64,000 bases of DNA, taken from contig NIVC01000184.1 of the NCBI GenBank assembly GCA_002269645.1, positions 1 to 64,000 of the forward strand, written 5' to 3'. Position 1 is the first letter of the stretch. Every line of letters begins with the position of its first letter. The DNA comes from Macrostomum lignano (lineage: Eukaryota). Both the position numbers and the translations under genes were made by a program. A model generated the notes under the pieces. It had not been told where the DNA came from. It searched no databases and was given only the letters and a program-made list of their open reading frames with translations. Shown here one piece after another: positions 38,165-50,631 of this stretch.

Positions 38165-38500
38165 GTAACCCAAGATGGCAACCCCAAGATGGCAACCCCA
38201 AGATGGCAACCCCAAGATGACAACCCCCAAGATATCAACACCCAAGATGGCAACCCTCAGGATGGCAACCCCCAAGATGGCAACCCCCAAAATGGCAACC
38301 CCAAGATGGCAATCCCCAAGATGGCAACCCCCAAAATGGCAACCCCAAGATGGCAACCCTCAAGATGGCAACCCTCAAAATAGCAACACTCAAGATGGCA
38401 ACCCTCAAGATGACAACCCCCAAGATGACAACCCTAAGATGACATACAAAGATAGCATAGCAACCCCAAGATGGCAACCCCCGAGATGGCAACCCCCAAG
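38165..38500 (+). repeat. 14/15-bp minisatellite (ccccaagatggcaac)
   Basis: Tandem units; source of the MATPK/VAILG ORFs. Confidence 0.85.
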
Positions 38501-39024
38501 ATTGTGGCCTCACATTGGCGCCCCTTAAAGACGCGGCCACCCAGTTAAAGTTAAAGTTAAAGTCCCATAGCTACGCCCATGGTGAGTTGCCGCTATTTCA
38601 GTTAGGTCAGATCACCTTCGATCTCTGGGCAAACAGTCTTGTGTGCACTGTACACGCGTGAGACAAGATTTCCATTTTTTAATTTAATATCTAACTTTCC
38701 CTGGTTTTAAGCGCAGCCAATGCAAATGAATTGCTTGCTTTTCATTGCGTCTTCCTTTTTCCTCAACTTGCCTCTGCTACGGACTGTTGTAATCAGATCC
38801 TGCCAATTTCTTATTGGGCTAGGAAGTCTACTCGGCAGTAGAAATTGTTTTCAATGTTACCCTTTGGCCTAGCAACTGGTGTAGCGATGCCTGTCAAGTG
38901 TTTTCTTTCTAGTTGGCTACCTTTTGCGTGTTTCCTTGGCTTGGGGGGATTGGTCTCGGTTGGACTGGCTGGGCGAGACTGACTGCTTTCTGGGCTGGGA
39001 GATTTCTCCCATTTTGCTTTTTAC

Positions 39025-39063
<39 letters not shown>

Positions 39064-39088
39064 GTGTCTGTGTGTCTGTGTGTCTGTG

Positions 39089-39137
<49 letters not shown>

Positions 39138-39224
39138 GCCTGTCTGCCTGTCTGCCTGTCTGTCTGTCTGTCTTAGTGTCTGTCTGACTTTCTGTCTGTC
39201 TGTCTGCCTGTCTGTCTGTCTGAC

Positions 39225-39279
<55 letters not shown>

Positions 39280-39280
39280 A
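39025..39280 (+). repeat. (TGTC)n microsatellite
   Basis: Direct reading. Confidence 0.95.
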
Positions 39281-39622
39281 GTATATCACCATATGTAAAC
39301 GCCATAAGCCTACATACAGTTCTTCCTGGCCTAACAATTGCAATAACGACAAGTCAGTGTTATTAAATAAAAGTGCAAGTTCATCCAGGCAGATTCGTGC
39401 AGTTTTGAATGCGGCTCTGGCATCGGGGCCGGTCCCGCCCTCTGCTCAGCCATTATGAAGATTTTGTCACGCACGGCCAATTATCTCAGATATTTGTGAC
39501 CGATTGAGCAATCTATTGTTTGATTATTTCAATTCTGGCAGTAAAATTTCGCGGTATTCTCGGGCAAAAAAATAATCCTATTTCATTTGCGCATCAGTCC
39601 TTCTGCTTTTTTAATTCGGCAG

Positions 39623-39727
39623 TCTCGAGTTGCTGGCCAGGAACTTTTCAACGCTGTTGTTAAGAAGCTCAAACTGCTCGAGATCGACTATTTCGACTTG
39701 GAGTTCCTCTCTAAAGAAGGTCGCCAG
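39623..39727 (+). CDS. FARP: FARP/Cdep-like FERM gene, coding exon 2
   Basis: cggcag|SRVAGQELFNAVVKKLKLLEIDYFDLEFLSKEGRQ|gtaagt; phase 0/0; FERM-N YFxLEF motif. Confidence 0.92.
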
Positions 39728-39759
39728 GTAAGTGATACCACACCTACTTTTGCTTAGAG

Positions 39760-42700
39760 AGTAGGAGAGGGTAGGGAGAGAGAAGTTGAGTGGATAGAGA
39801 GAGTGTGAGAGTAGAGCGGAAGAAGTAGAGTGGATAGAGAAGGAGAGTACAGAGAGAGAGAGAAGTAGAGTGGATAGAGAGGAGGAGAGGGTAGTGAAAG
39901 AGAAGTAGAGTGGATAGAAAGGGAGAGAGTAGAGATAGAGACAGAGAGAGAAGTAGCATGGATAGAAAGGGAGAGAGTAGAGATAGAGACAGAGAGAGAA
40001 GTAGCATGGATAGAAAGGGAGAGAGTAGAGATAGAGACAGAGAGAGAAGTAGCATGGATAGAAAGGGAGAGAGTAGAGATAGAGACAGAGAGAGAAGTAG
40101 CATGGATAGAAAGGGAGAGAGTAGAGATAGAGACAGAGAGAGAAGTAGCATGGATAGAAAGGGAGAGAGTAGAGATAGAGACAGAGAGAGAAGTAGCATG
40201 GATAGAAAGGGAGAGAGTAGAGATAGAGACAGAGAGAGAAGTAGCATGGATAGAAAGGGAGAGAGTAGAGATAGAGACAGAGAGAGAAGTAGCATGGATA
40301 GAAAGGGAGAGAGTAGAGATAGAGACAGAGAGAGAAGTAGCATGGATAGAAAGGGAGAGAGTAGAGATAGAGACAGAGAGAGAAGTAGCATGGATAGAAA
40401 GGGAGAGAGTAGAGATAGAGACAGAGAGAGAAGTAGCATGGATAGAAAGGGAGAGAGTAGAGATAGAGACAGAGAGAGAAGTAGCATGTATAGAGAGGGA
40501 GAGAGTAGAGATAGAGACAGAGAGAGAAGTAGCATGGCTAGAAAGGGAGAGAGTAGAGATAGAGACAGAGAGAGAAGTAGCATGTATAGAGAGGGAGAGA
40601 GTAGAGATAGAGACAGAGAGAGAAGTAGCATGTATAGAGAGGGAGAGAGTAGAGATAGAGACAGAGAGAGAAGTAGCATGGATAGAAAGGGAGAGAGTAG
40701 AGATAGAGACAGAGAGAGAAGTAGCATGGATAGAAAGGGAGAGAGTAGAGATAGAGACAGAGAGAGAAGTAGCATGGATAGAAAGGGAGAGAGTAGAGAT
40801 AGAGACAGAGAGAGAAGTAGCATGGATATAAAGGGAGAGAGTAGAGATAGAGACAGAGAGAGAAGTAGCATGGATAGAAAGGGAGAGAGTAGAGATAGAG
40901 ACAGAGAGAGAAGTAGCATGGCTAGAAAGGGAGAGAGTAGAGATAGAGACAGAGAGAGAAGTAGCATGGATAGAAAGGGAGAGAGTAGAGATAGAGACAG
41001 AGAGAGAAGTAGCATGTATAGAGAGGGAGAGAGTAGAGATAGAGACAGAGAGAGAAGTAGCATGGCTAGAAAGGGAGAGAGTAGAGATAGAGACAGAGAG
41101 AGAAGTAGCATGTATAGAGAGGGAGAGAGTAGAGATAGAGACAGAGAGAGAAGTAGCATGTATAGAGAGGGAGAGAGTAGAGATAGAGACAGAGAGAGAA
41201 GTAGCATGGATAGAAAGGGAGAGAGTAGAGATAGAGACAGAGAAGTAGCATGGATAGAAAGGGAGAGAGTAGAGATAGAGACCGAGAGAGAAGTAGCATG
41301 GATAGAAAGGGAGAGAGTAGAGATAGAGACAGAGAGAGAAGTAGCATGGATAGAAAGGGAGAGAGTAGAGATAGAGACAGAGAGAGAAATAGCATGGATA
41401 GAAAGGGAGAGAGTAGAGATAGAGACAGAGAGAGAAGTAGCATGGATAGAAAGGGAGAGAGTAGAGATAGAGACAAAGAGAGATGTAGCATGGATAGAAA
41501 GGGAGAGAGTAGAGATAGAGACAAAGAGAGATGTAGCATGGATAGAAAGGGAGAGAGTAGAGATAGAGACAGAGAGAGAAGTAGCATGGCTAGAAAGGGA
41601 GAGAGTAGAGATAGAGACAGAGAGAGAAGTAGCATGGATAGAAAGGGAGAGAGTAGAGATAGAGACAGAGAGAGAAGTAGCATGGATAGAAAGGGAGAGA
41701 GTAGAGATAGAGACAGAGAGAGAAGTAGCATGGATAGAAAGGGAGAGAGTAGAGATAGAGACAGAGAGAGAAGTAGCATGGATAGAAAGGGAGAGAGTAG
41801 AGATAGAGACAGAGAGAGAAGTAGCATGGCTAGAAAGGGAGAGAGTAGAGATAGAGACAGAGAGAGAAGTAGCATGTATAGAGAGGGAGAGAGTAGAGAT
41901 AGAGACAGAGAGAGAAGTAGCATGTATAGAGAGGGAGAGAGTAGAGATAGAGACAGAGAGAGAAGTAGCATGGATAGAAAGGGAGAGAGTAGAGATAGAG
42001 ACAGAGAAGTAGCATGGATAGAAAGGGAGAGAGTAGAGATAGAGACAGAGAGAGAAGTAGCATGGATAGAAAGGGAGAGAGTAGAGATAGAGACAGAGAG
42101 AGAAGTAGCATGGATAGAAAGGGAGAGAGTAGAGATAGAGACAGAGAGAGAAGTAGCATGGCTAGAAAGGGAGAGAGTAGAGATAGAGACAGAGAGAGAA
42201 GTAGCATGGCTAGAAAGGGAGAGAGTAGAGATAGAGACAGAGAGAGAAGTAGCATGGATAGAAAGGGAGAGAGTAGAGATAGAGACAGAGAGAGAAGTAG
42301 CATGTATAGAGAGGGAGAGAGTAGAGATAGAGACAGAGAGAGAAGTAGCATGGCTAGAAAGGGAGAGAGTAGAGATAGAGACAGAGAGAGAAGTAGCATG
42401 TATAGAGAGGGAGAGAGTAGAGATAGAGACAGAGAGAGAAGTAGCATGGATAGAAAGGGAGAGAGTAGAGATAGAGACAGAGAGAGAAGTAGCATGGATA
42501 GAAAGGGAGAGAGTAGAGATAGAGACAGAGAGAGAAGTAGCATGGATAGAAAGGGAGAGAGTAGAGATAGAGACAGAGAGAGAAGTAGCATGGCTAGAAA
42601 GGGAGAGAGTAGAGATAGAGACAGAGAGAGAAGTAGCATGTATAGAGAGGGAGAGAGTAGAGATAGAGACAGAGAGAGAAGTAGCATGTATAGAGAGGGA

Positions 42701-43190
42701 GAGAGTAGAGATAGAGACAGAGAGAGAAGTAGCATGGATAGAAAGGGAGAGAGTAGAGATAGAGACAGAGAAGTAGCATGGATAGAAAGGGAGAGAGTAG
42801 AGATAGAGACAGAGAGAGAAGTAGCATGGATAGAAAGGGAGAGAGTAGAGATAGAGACAGAGAGAGAAGTAGCATGGATAGAAAGGGAGAGAGTAGAGAT
42901 AGAGACAGAGAGAGAAGTAGCATGGATAGAAAGGGAGAGAGTAGAGATAGAGACAGAGAGAGAAGTAGCATGTATAGAAAGGGAGAGAGTAGAGATAGAG
43001 ACAGAGAGAGAAGTAGCATGGATAGAAAGGGAGAGAGTAGAGATAGAGACAGAGAGAGAAGTAGCATGGATAGAAAGGGAGAGAGTAGAGATAGAGACAG
43101 AGAGAGAAGTAGCATGGATAGAAAGGGAGAGAGTAGAGATAGAGACAGAGAGAGAAGTAGCATGGATAGAGAGGGAGAAACAAGAAGAGA
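39760..43190 (+). repeat. Intronic 48-bp purine-rich satellite, about 70 copies
   Basis: Unit atggatagaaagggagagagtagagatagagacagagagagaagtagc; 44-bp variants near 41237, 42001 and 42765. Confidence 0.97.
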
Positions 43191-43307
43191 GGGAGAGTAA
43201 ATAAACAATTGCTGAGAGTAAAAGCTAAAAGTAAATTTTTTTAAAAGCAGTGCAGTAAGTAGGAAAATAAACGTCAACAAAAACATAAAAATAAAATTTT
43301 CTTTCTA

Positions 43308-43345
43308 GCCAACGCGTTTCGTCAAACACAAGACGTCGTTAGGGC
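43308..43345 (-). ncRNA. Hammerhead-like motif (PLE-type) with a G5-to-A core change
   Basis: GCC-CTAACGA-C-GTC/ttgtgttt/GAC-GAAA-CGCG-TT-GGC. Stems I, II and palindromic III are all complementary. Confidence 0.6.
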
Positions 43346-43437
43346 AAATTCAACTAACCTTAATTCACAACACCAATATATTCAAGCAAAACAAACTGTA
43401 CAGTCCAAATGCGGGTCAAAACAGTCCCGGTAGAATT

Positions 43438-43611
43438 TCAGAAGTGCCAAGCAAGCTGCACATTCAAGTTGGGTTTGTGCATTCTGATATAAGAAGCTTC
43501 AATAATCTTAAGCTTATGGTCAAATTTGCACCCATCCAGCACTTTAAAGAGCTGAATCGGTTCACTGTCAAAACATTTTTTACAAACAAGCAGATGGTCA
43601 TTAATCGCAGA
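43438..43611 (-). pseudogene. PLE GIY-YIG endonuclease C-terminal fragment
   Basis: SAINDHLLVCKKCFDSEPIQLFKVLDGCKFDHKLKIIEASYIRMHKPNLNVQLAWHF* matches the PLE pattern SAI..H...C....F..L......L.I.EA..I...KP.LN.Q. No start codon, so absent from the ORF track. Confidence 0.85.
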
Positions 43612-43698
43612 CTGATATACTGTTTTGACCCGCCTTTGGACTGTTTTGTTTGTTTTGCTTAAATATATTGGTGTTGTGAATTAAGGTTAGTTGAATTT

Positions 43699-43736
43699 GC
43701 CCTAACGACGTCTTGTGTTTGACGAAACGCATTAGC
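43699..43736 (+). ncRNA. Second, more degenerate hammerhead-like motif in the inverted arm
   Basis: GCC-CTAACGA-C-GTC/ttgtgttt/GAC-GAAA-CGCA-TT-AGC; two further G-to-A changes disrupt stems III and I. Confidence 0.5.
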
Positions 43737-44411
43737 TAGAAAGAAAATTTTATTTTTATGACTTTGTTGACGTTTATTTTCCTACTGGTAGAGCATCAGA
43801 GGAGGAGGGAGTTAATGCACATCTACTAGTATTGTTGCCCATTCTTACACTCGTATCTGTCCAGGCAAATCGTCAGATTAATGATATGGTATGCAATTTT
43901 CTATTTGAAAGTTCATCAGAAATTTGAGCTAAATGTAGTCAAATACTGTATCGTCATAGTCTGTTCTGTTACGTTGTTATTAATAACGTTATATAGATAT
44001 GATCTATCTATTAAAAGTATGATTTTATCCGAGCCAATATAGCAGCAGGTTAGACACCTCATAATTCTCTATGCCTATGCGGTGCGCCCAGATGACAGAT
44101 GATAGCCACTTGCATGGTTGGCTAGTCATAAATAATCCACAATCCAAGCCCCAGCGGGCAGATCCGCTTCTGGTTCTTATCAGGCACCACCCGGGCTCCC
44201 TCCCACTGTGGCATAATCAATTAATACAATATCTTAGATATTTGAAGGGGAGAGTGATTGTTCGAGTGTGTGTGTGTGCGCTAGATGCATTCTCTGTACT
44301 ATATATCTGTGGCACTTATATTATTGTGCTTATTGTTAGTTGGATAGTAAACATACTGTTGCTGAATAGTCTGTTTTGTGTCTTGTTTCATTTTTATGTG
44401 CATCAATAGGT

Positions 44412-44640
44412 ACAGAGTGGCAGGGTTACAGACTGGCAGGGTTACAGACTGGCAGGGTTACAGACTGACAGGGTTACAGACTGACAGGGTTACATACTGA
44501 CAGGGTTACAGACTGACAGGGGTTACAGACTGACAGGGTTACAGACTGACAGGGTTACAGACTGACAGGGTTACAGACTGACAGGGTTACAGACTGACAG
44601 GGTTACAGACTGACAGGGTTACAGACTGACAGGGTTATAT
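44412..44640 (+). repeat. 16-bp minisatellite (acagggttacagactg), about 14 copies
   Basis: Tandem units. Confidence 0.9.
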
Positions 44641-44939
44641 ATAGATTGATAGGGTTACACACTGTCAGGTTTACAGGAGGACATGGTTACAGAATGTTAG
44701 ATTACAGAAAAACGTCTTGTTTGGACTGTCAGACTATAGACAGGTCTACGTGTTACAGACAAAAAGGTTTACTGACTAATTGGTTTACAGACAGGTAGAG
44801 AAAATGCTATGCAATAATTAGTGCTTACCTTGGCCATTAAATTTCAATTAGTTTACATATTCAATTTTGTCTACGCTAGTAATACAATACATATATCCAT
44901 TAGTGAAGCCAATTCAATTTAACCTTCGCACCCCCTCAG

Positions 44940-45061
44940 TGCTGGCTAGATCACGAGAAAACGCTTCCAAAACAGTGCCCAGCCACCATCGAGTTGATCT
45001 TCTACTTCTCCGTCAAGTTCTATCCACCAGATCCGCACCTGTTGGAGGACGAATACACCAG
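44940..45061 (+). CDS. FARP: FARP/Cdep-like FERM gene, coding exon 3
   Basis: ccctcag|CWLDHEKTLPKQCPATIELIFYFSVKFYPPDPHLLEDEYTR|gtgagt; phase 0/2. Confidence 0.92.
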
Positions 45062-45138
45062 GTGAGTACGGCTAGTGCGGAGTTTCTTCAGTTGCAAAGG
45101 CCTCTGTTTGAAAAATTCTTGTCGTGTGTTTCTTTTAG

Positions 45139-45236
45139 ATTTCTGTTCGCTCTGCAAATCAAACGCGATTTGGTCAACGGCTTGTTGCCCTGCGCTGAGA
45201 ACACTATGGCTCTGCTGGCCTCGTATTTGGTGCAGG
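45139..45236 (+). CDS. FARP: FARP/Cdep-like FERM gene, coding exon 4
   Basis: ttttag|(R)FLFALQIKRDLVNGLLPCAENTMALLASYLVQ|gtgagc; phase 2/1. Confidence 0.92.
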
Positions 45237-45264
45237 GTGAGCGATAACTGTCTTTTGGCTTTGA

Positions 45265-46445
45265 GTGGGGCACTTAGGGTTGGCTAAATGGCATTAGGGA
45301 TTTCTGAGAATGGCACTTAGGCTTGGATAAATGGCATTAGGGATTTCTGAGAATAGTACTTCAGGCTTGGATAAATGGCATTAGGGATTTCTGAGAATGG
45401 CACTTAGGCTTGGATAAATGGCATTAGGGATTTCTGAGAATGGCACTTAGGCTTGGATAAATGGCATTAGGGATTTCTGAGAATGGCACTTAGGGTTGGA
45501 TAAATGGCATTAGGGATTTCTGAGAATGGCACTTAGGCTTGGATAAATGGCATTAGGGATTTCTGAGAATGGCCTTTTCGGTTGTAAAAATGGCATTTGG
45601 GATTTTTTTGAGAATAGCACTTTCGCTTGTTAAAAAAAGCATTAGGGATTTTTGAGAATGGCACTTACGGTTGGATGAATGGCATTAGGGATTTTTGAGA
45701 ATGGCACTTAGGCTTGGCTAAATGGCATTAGGGATTTCTGAGAATGGCACTTAGGGTTGGATAAATGGCATTAGGGATTTCTGAGAATAGCACTTAGGGT
45801 TGGATAAATGGCATTAGGGATTTCTGAGAATGGCACTTAGGGTTGGATAAATGGCATTAGGGATTTCTGAGAATGGCACTTATGATTGGATAAATGGCAT
45901 TAGGGATTTTTGAGAATGACACTTGCGGTTGAATAAATGGCATTAAGGATTTCTGAGAATGGCACTTAGGCTTGGATAAATGGCATTAGGGATTTCTGAG
46001 AATGGCACTTATGATTGGATAAATGGCATTAAGGATTTCTGAGAATGGCACTTAGGCTTGGATAAATGGCATTAGGGATTTCTGAGAATGGCACTTACGG
46101 TTGGATACATGGCATTAGGGATTTCTGAGAATGGCACTTAGGCTTGGATACATGGCATTAGGGATTTCTGAGAATGGCACTTAGGCTTGGATAAATGGCA
46201 TTAGGGATTTCTGAGAATGGCACTTAGGCTTGGATAAATGGCATTAGGGATTTCTGAGAATGGCACTTAGGCTTGGATAAATGGCATTAGGGATTTCTGA
46301 GAATGGCACTTACTGTCGGATGAATGGCATTAGGGATTTCTGAGAATAGTACTTACGGTTGGATAAATGGCATTTGGGATTTTTTTGAGTATAGCACTTT
46401 CGCTTGTTAAAAAAGCATTAGGGATTTCTGAGAATGGCACTTACG
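45265..46445 (+). repeat. 43-bp minisatellite (ttggataaatggcattagggatttctgagaatggcacttaggc), about 27 copies
   Basis: Tandem units starting about 30 nt after the exon-4 donor. Confidence 0.95.
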
Positions 46446-47086
46446 AGATAATTGGCATCCCACCTTGACTTGACAAACTATACAGACAGGATCTACAGGC
46501 GCTACACAGACTAAATGAGAATCTGGCTTGGTATATTGGCTGCTCAGGTTTTAGGCTTGAGCAAAAGTTCAAACAGATCGAGTCGAAATATGCTGGAAGA
46601 GATGAGGGGAGAGGAAGGGGAAGTGGGAGAGACTGGGCTGAGTTGGGGAGAGGAGAGGAATAGAAAGTGAACTGATGAGGCGGGAGAAAGCCCAGCCAGC
46701 TTTATACTGCAGAGCTGCCAAGGACCAGCGCAATTAACATGCGCGCAATTATACATGAGGGATTTCGGCCTGGGGAGTTGGGAATATGCAGTGCTGGATT
46801 CTTTGCAACTGGGGTTTACTTGCATCTCTCTTCTCGCAAGCTGCTGAGCCAAGCTCCTCGCGTGTCCAAGCCCCGGGGCTGCTTGGGCCCGCCATTATTT
46901 CCGCTGTTAAGTTTCTTCACCTTGAGCTGGCATCTACGCCTTGATTGTAGAAATTTCGAATCGTAATACACGCAATAATATATTACAAAAGTTGTTAAGG
47001 TCACGCGCACGGTTGGGTCACATCAGTTTGAAGAGAATTTGGGAGCTCTTTGAGTGATAAAAGATGATTTCAGCTTCTGCCCATTC

Positions 47087-48882
47087 CAGAAGCGTCGCCA
47101 TGGATTTTATGGTGGGGAGGGGGAGAAAGCCAAGAAAATTCCTACATGTACATGACTAAATTCCTATATGTCCATTTTTTGCGAATTAGTGTTTTCAGCG
47201 CTCATTTTAGCGCCGCAGGCACTCATGTTAGCGCCGCAGACACTCATTTTAGCGCCGCAGGCACTCATGTTAGCGCCGCAGGCACTCATTTTAGCGCCGC
47301 AGGCACTCATTTTAGCGCTGCAGGCACTCATGTTAGCGCTGCAGGCACTCATTTTAGCGCCGCAGGCACTCATTTTAGCGTCGCAGGCACTCATGTTAGC
47401 GCCGCAGGCACTCATTTTAGCGCCGCAGGCACTCATTTTAGCGCCGCAGGCACTCATGTTAGCGCCGCAGGCACTCATTTTAGCGCCGCAGGCAGTCATG
47501 TTAGCGCCGCAGGCACTCATTTTAGCGCCGCAGACACTCATTTTAGCGCCGCAGGCAGTCATTTTAGCGCCGCAGGCACTCATGTTAGCGCCGCAGGCAC
47601 TCATGTTAGCGCCGCAGGCACTCATGTTAGCGCCGCAGGCACTCATGTTAGCGCCGCAGGCACTCATGTTAGCGCCGCAGGCACTCATGTTAGCGCCGCA
47701 GGCACTCATGTTAGCGCCGCAGGCACTCATGTTAGCGCCGCAGGCACTCATGTTAGCGCCGCAGGCACTCATGTTAGCGCCGCAGGCACTCATGTTAGCG
47801 CCGCAGGCACTCATGTTAGCGCCGCAGGCACTCATTTTAGCGCCGCAGGCATTCATGTTAGCGCCGCAGGCATTCATGTTAGCGCCGCAGGCACTCATGT
47901 TAGCGCCGCAGGCACTCATGTTAGCGCCGCAGGCACTCATGTTAGCGCCGCAGGCACTCATGTTAGCGCCGCAGGCACTCATGTTAGCGCCGCAGACACT
48001 CATGTTAGCGCCGCAGACACTCATTTTAGCGCCGCAGGCACTCATGTTAGCGCCGCAGGCATTCATGTTAGCGCCGCAGACACTCATGTTAGCGCCGCAG
48101 GCACTCATGTTAGCGCCGCAGGCACTCATGTTAGCGCCGCAGACACTCATGTTAGCGCCGCAGACACTCATGTTAGCGCCGCAGACACTCATGTTAGCGC
48201 CGCAGGCACTCATGTTAGCGCCGCAGGCACTCATGTTAGCGCCGCAGACACTCATGTTAGCGCCGCAGGCACTCATGTTAGCGCCGCAGGCACTCATGTT
48301 AGCGCCGCAGACACTCATGTTAGCGCCGCAGGCACTCATGTTAGCGCCGCAGGCACTCATGTTAGCGCCGCAGGCACTCATGTTAGCGCCGCAGACACTC
48401 ATGTTAGCGCCGCAGGCACTCATGTTAGCGCCGCAGACACTCATGTTAGCGCCGCAGACACTCATGTTAGCGCCGCAGGCACTCATGTTAGCGCCGCAGG
48501 CATTCATGTTAGCGCCGCAGACACTCATGTTAGCGCCGCAGGCACTCATGTTAGCGCCGCAGGCACTCATGTTAGCGCCGCAGACACTCATGTTAGCGCC
48601 GCAGACACTCATGTTAGCGCCGCAGACACTCATGTTAGCGCCGCAGGCACTCATGTTAGCGCCGCAGGCACTCATGTTAGCGCCGCAGACACTCATGTTA
48701 GCGCCGCAGGCACTCATGTTAGCGCCGCAGGCACTCATGTTAGCGCCGCAGACACTCATGTTAGCGCCGCAGGCACTCATGTTAGCGCCGCAGGCACTCA
48801 TGTTAGCGCCGCAGGCACTCATGTTAGCGCCGCAGACACTCATGTTAGCGCCGCAGGCACTCATGTTAGCGCCGCAGGCACT
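47087..48882 (+). mobile_element. Second copy of the hAT-type MITE; right end missing; 21-bp array expanded to about 80 copies
   Basis: The left end CAGAAGCGTCGCCATGGATTTTATGGTGGGG...aaagccaagaa...tacatgtacat matches 27690 onwards. Array 47197-48882. Confidence 0.85.
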
Positions 48883-49479
48883 AGAACCCAGTGGTCGCGG
48901 AGCGAGAGTTTCTGGTTATCTGTTTCTATTTGAAGAATTTTCTACAGCTGCTAAGTCAGCAAGATTAGCTGCGGCAGAGAGTTGGCCTGAGTCCGATGCC
49001 GCTGTAGATGAAGCTGGCTAATCCCCTCCGGAATGGATCGGGAGATGTGGGAAGATGGGATTTCAGATGGGCTCGCGCACATTCTGTGCCTTCAGTCCTA
49101 TAGTGCAACCCAAAGTCCAACAGTGGAATTTATCCCGATTCTCGAATTCGTTTAATCTCAGCTGTTTAGTTCCTGTGCTGGATTTGCATAAGCCTACTGT
49201 ACTTGTGAAATTTTTTGAGCATATACCGATATGTATAGAAAAAAGAGTTTTACAGCGTGCTGAAGTGTTATAATATTTTGCTAAAACTAACGCTTAGAAA
49301 CTATTTTTTTATAATAAATTTGGGAAGACTTGAAAGTGCATATTTTTGAATACTTGAACTTAGGTTTGCTGTGCAATATACGCTCGCAGTTGCCTAAAAT
49401 TTCATGCCAGCACAAACTGAAATAAAAAACTGACTGATTGAAATTTTGCCTAGCATTTACAATAGATGTACTTTTTTCA

Positions 49480-50500
49480 TTGGGTCATCTAAGTGGACAT
49501 GTAGGTTGGGTCATCTGAAGGGACAGGTAGATTGGGTCATCTGAGGACAGGTAGATTGGGTCATCTGAGGACCGGTAGATTGGGTCATCTGAAGGGTCAG
49601 GTAGATTGGGTTATCTGAAGGGACAGGTAGATTAGGTCATCTGAGGACAGGTAGATTGGGTCTTCTGAGGACAGGTAGATTAGGTCATCTGAGGACCGGT
49701 AGATTGGGTCATCTGAAGGGTCAAGTAGATTGGGTTATCTGAAGGGATAGGTAGATTGGGTCATCTGAAGGGTCAGGTAGATTGGGTCATCTGAAGGGTC
49801 AGGTAGATTGGGTCATCTGAAGGGTCAAGTAGATTGGGTTATCTGAAGGGATAGGTAGATTGGGTCATCTGAGGACAGGTTGATCGGGTCATCTGAGGAC
49901 AGGTAGATTGGGTCATCTAAGGACAGGTAGATTGGGTCATCTGAGGACAGGTAGATTGGGTCATCTGAGGACCGGTAGATTGGGTCATCTGAAGGGTCAG
50001 GTAGATTGGGTCATCTGAGGACAAGTTGATCGGTCATCTGAGGACAGGTAGATTGGGTCATCTAAGGACAGGTTGATTGGGTCATCTGAGGACATGTAGA
50101 TTGGGTCATGTGAAGACATGTAGATTGGGTCATCTGAGGACATGTAGATTGGGTCATCTGAAGGCTTGTAGATTGGGTCATCTGAAGGGACATGTAGATT
50201 GGCGTCATCTGAGGACATGTAGATTGGGTCATCTGAGACATGTAGATTGGGTCATCTGAAGGCATGTAGATTGGGTCATCTGAAGGGACATGTAGATTGG
50301 GTCATCTGAGGACATGTAGATTGGGTCATCTGAGGACATGTAGATTGGGTCATCTGAAGGCATGTAGATTGGGTCATCTGAAGGGACATGTAGATTGGTC
50401 ATCTGAGGACATGTAGATTGGGTCATCTGAGGACATGTAGATTAGGTCATCTGAGGACATGCTAGATTAGGTCATCTGATAACAGGTATATTGGGTTACC
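49480..50500 (+). repeat. 24-27-bp minisatellite (gtagattgggtcatctgaggacag), about 40 copies
   Basis: Tandem units ending about 130 nt before the exon-5 acceptor. Confidence 0.92.
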
Positions 50501-50631
50501 CGCGGTCATTAATTTTCTGAGGACACGTGCTAAGAAGTTATGTATGTATTTTTTGTCATATCCTGCAAATCTATCAAGCCTCTAGAAGAAGTGCACATTC
50601 TGTTTATTTATCTAAAACTACTTTATTCTAG

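Larger units (their letters stand above)
43258..43786 (-). mobile_element. 5'-truncated Penelope-like retroelement with inverted pLTR duplication
   Basis: 168-bp inverted arms at 43258-43425 and 43619-43786 flank a GIY-YIG C-terminal coding remnant. Each arm carries a hammerhead-like motif. Confidence 0.85.

Noticed and set aside
39744-43286. 400-700-aa ORFs (MDRKGESRDRDRERSS..., LLLSLSLS...) resembling RS/RD-rich proteins
   Set aside because: These are translations of a 48-bp intronic satellite, open on both strands, lying between FERM exons 2 and 3.
45265-46445. Regularly spaced 24-48-bp repeats superficially like CRISPR arrays (also 49480-50500 and 7394-7720)
   Set aside because: Units are contiguous with no unique spacers, there are no cas genes, and the context is eukaryotic.
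46672-46689. CTGATGA...GAAA hammerhead candidate
   Set aside because: No stem II can form between the motifs, and there is no stem III or cleavage triplet.
47146-49021. 566-617-aa ORFs (SAAGTHV, MLAPQAL, MSACGAN repeats) resembling antifreeze or ice-nucleation proteins
   Set aside because: A 21-bp unit without stops in three frames, inside a hAT MITE in an intron.
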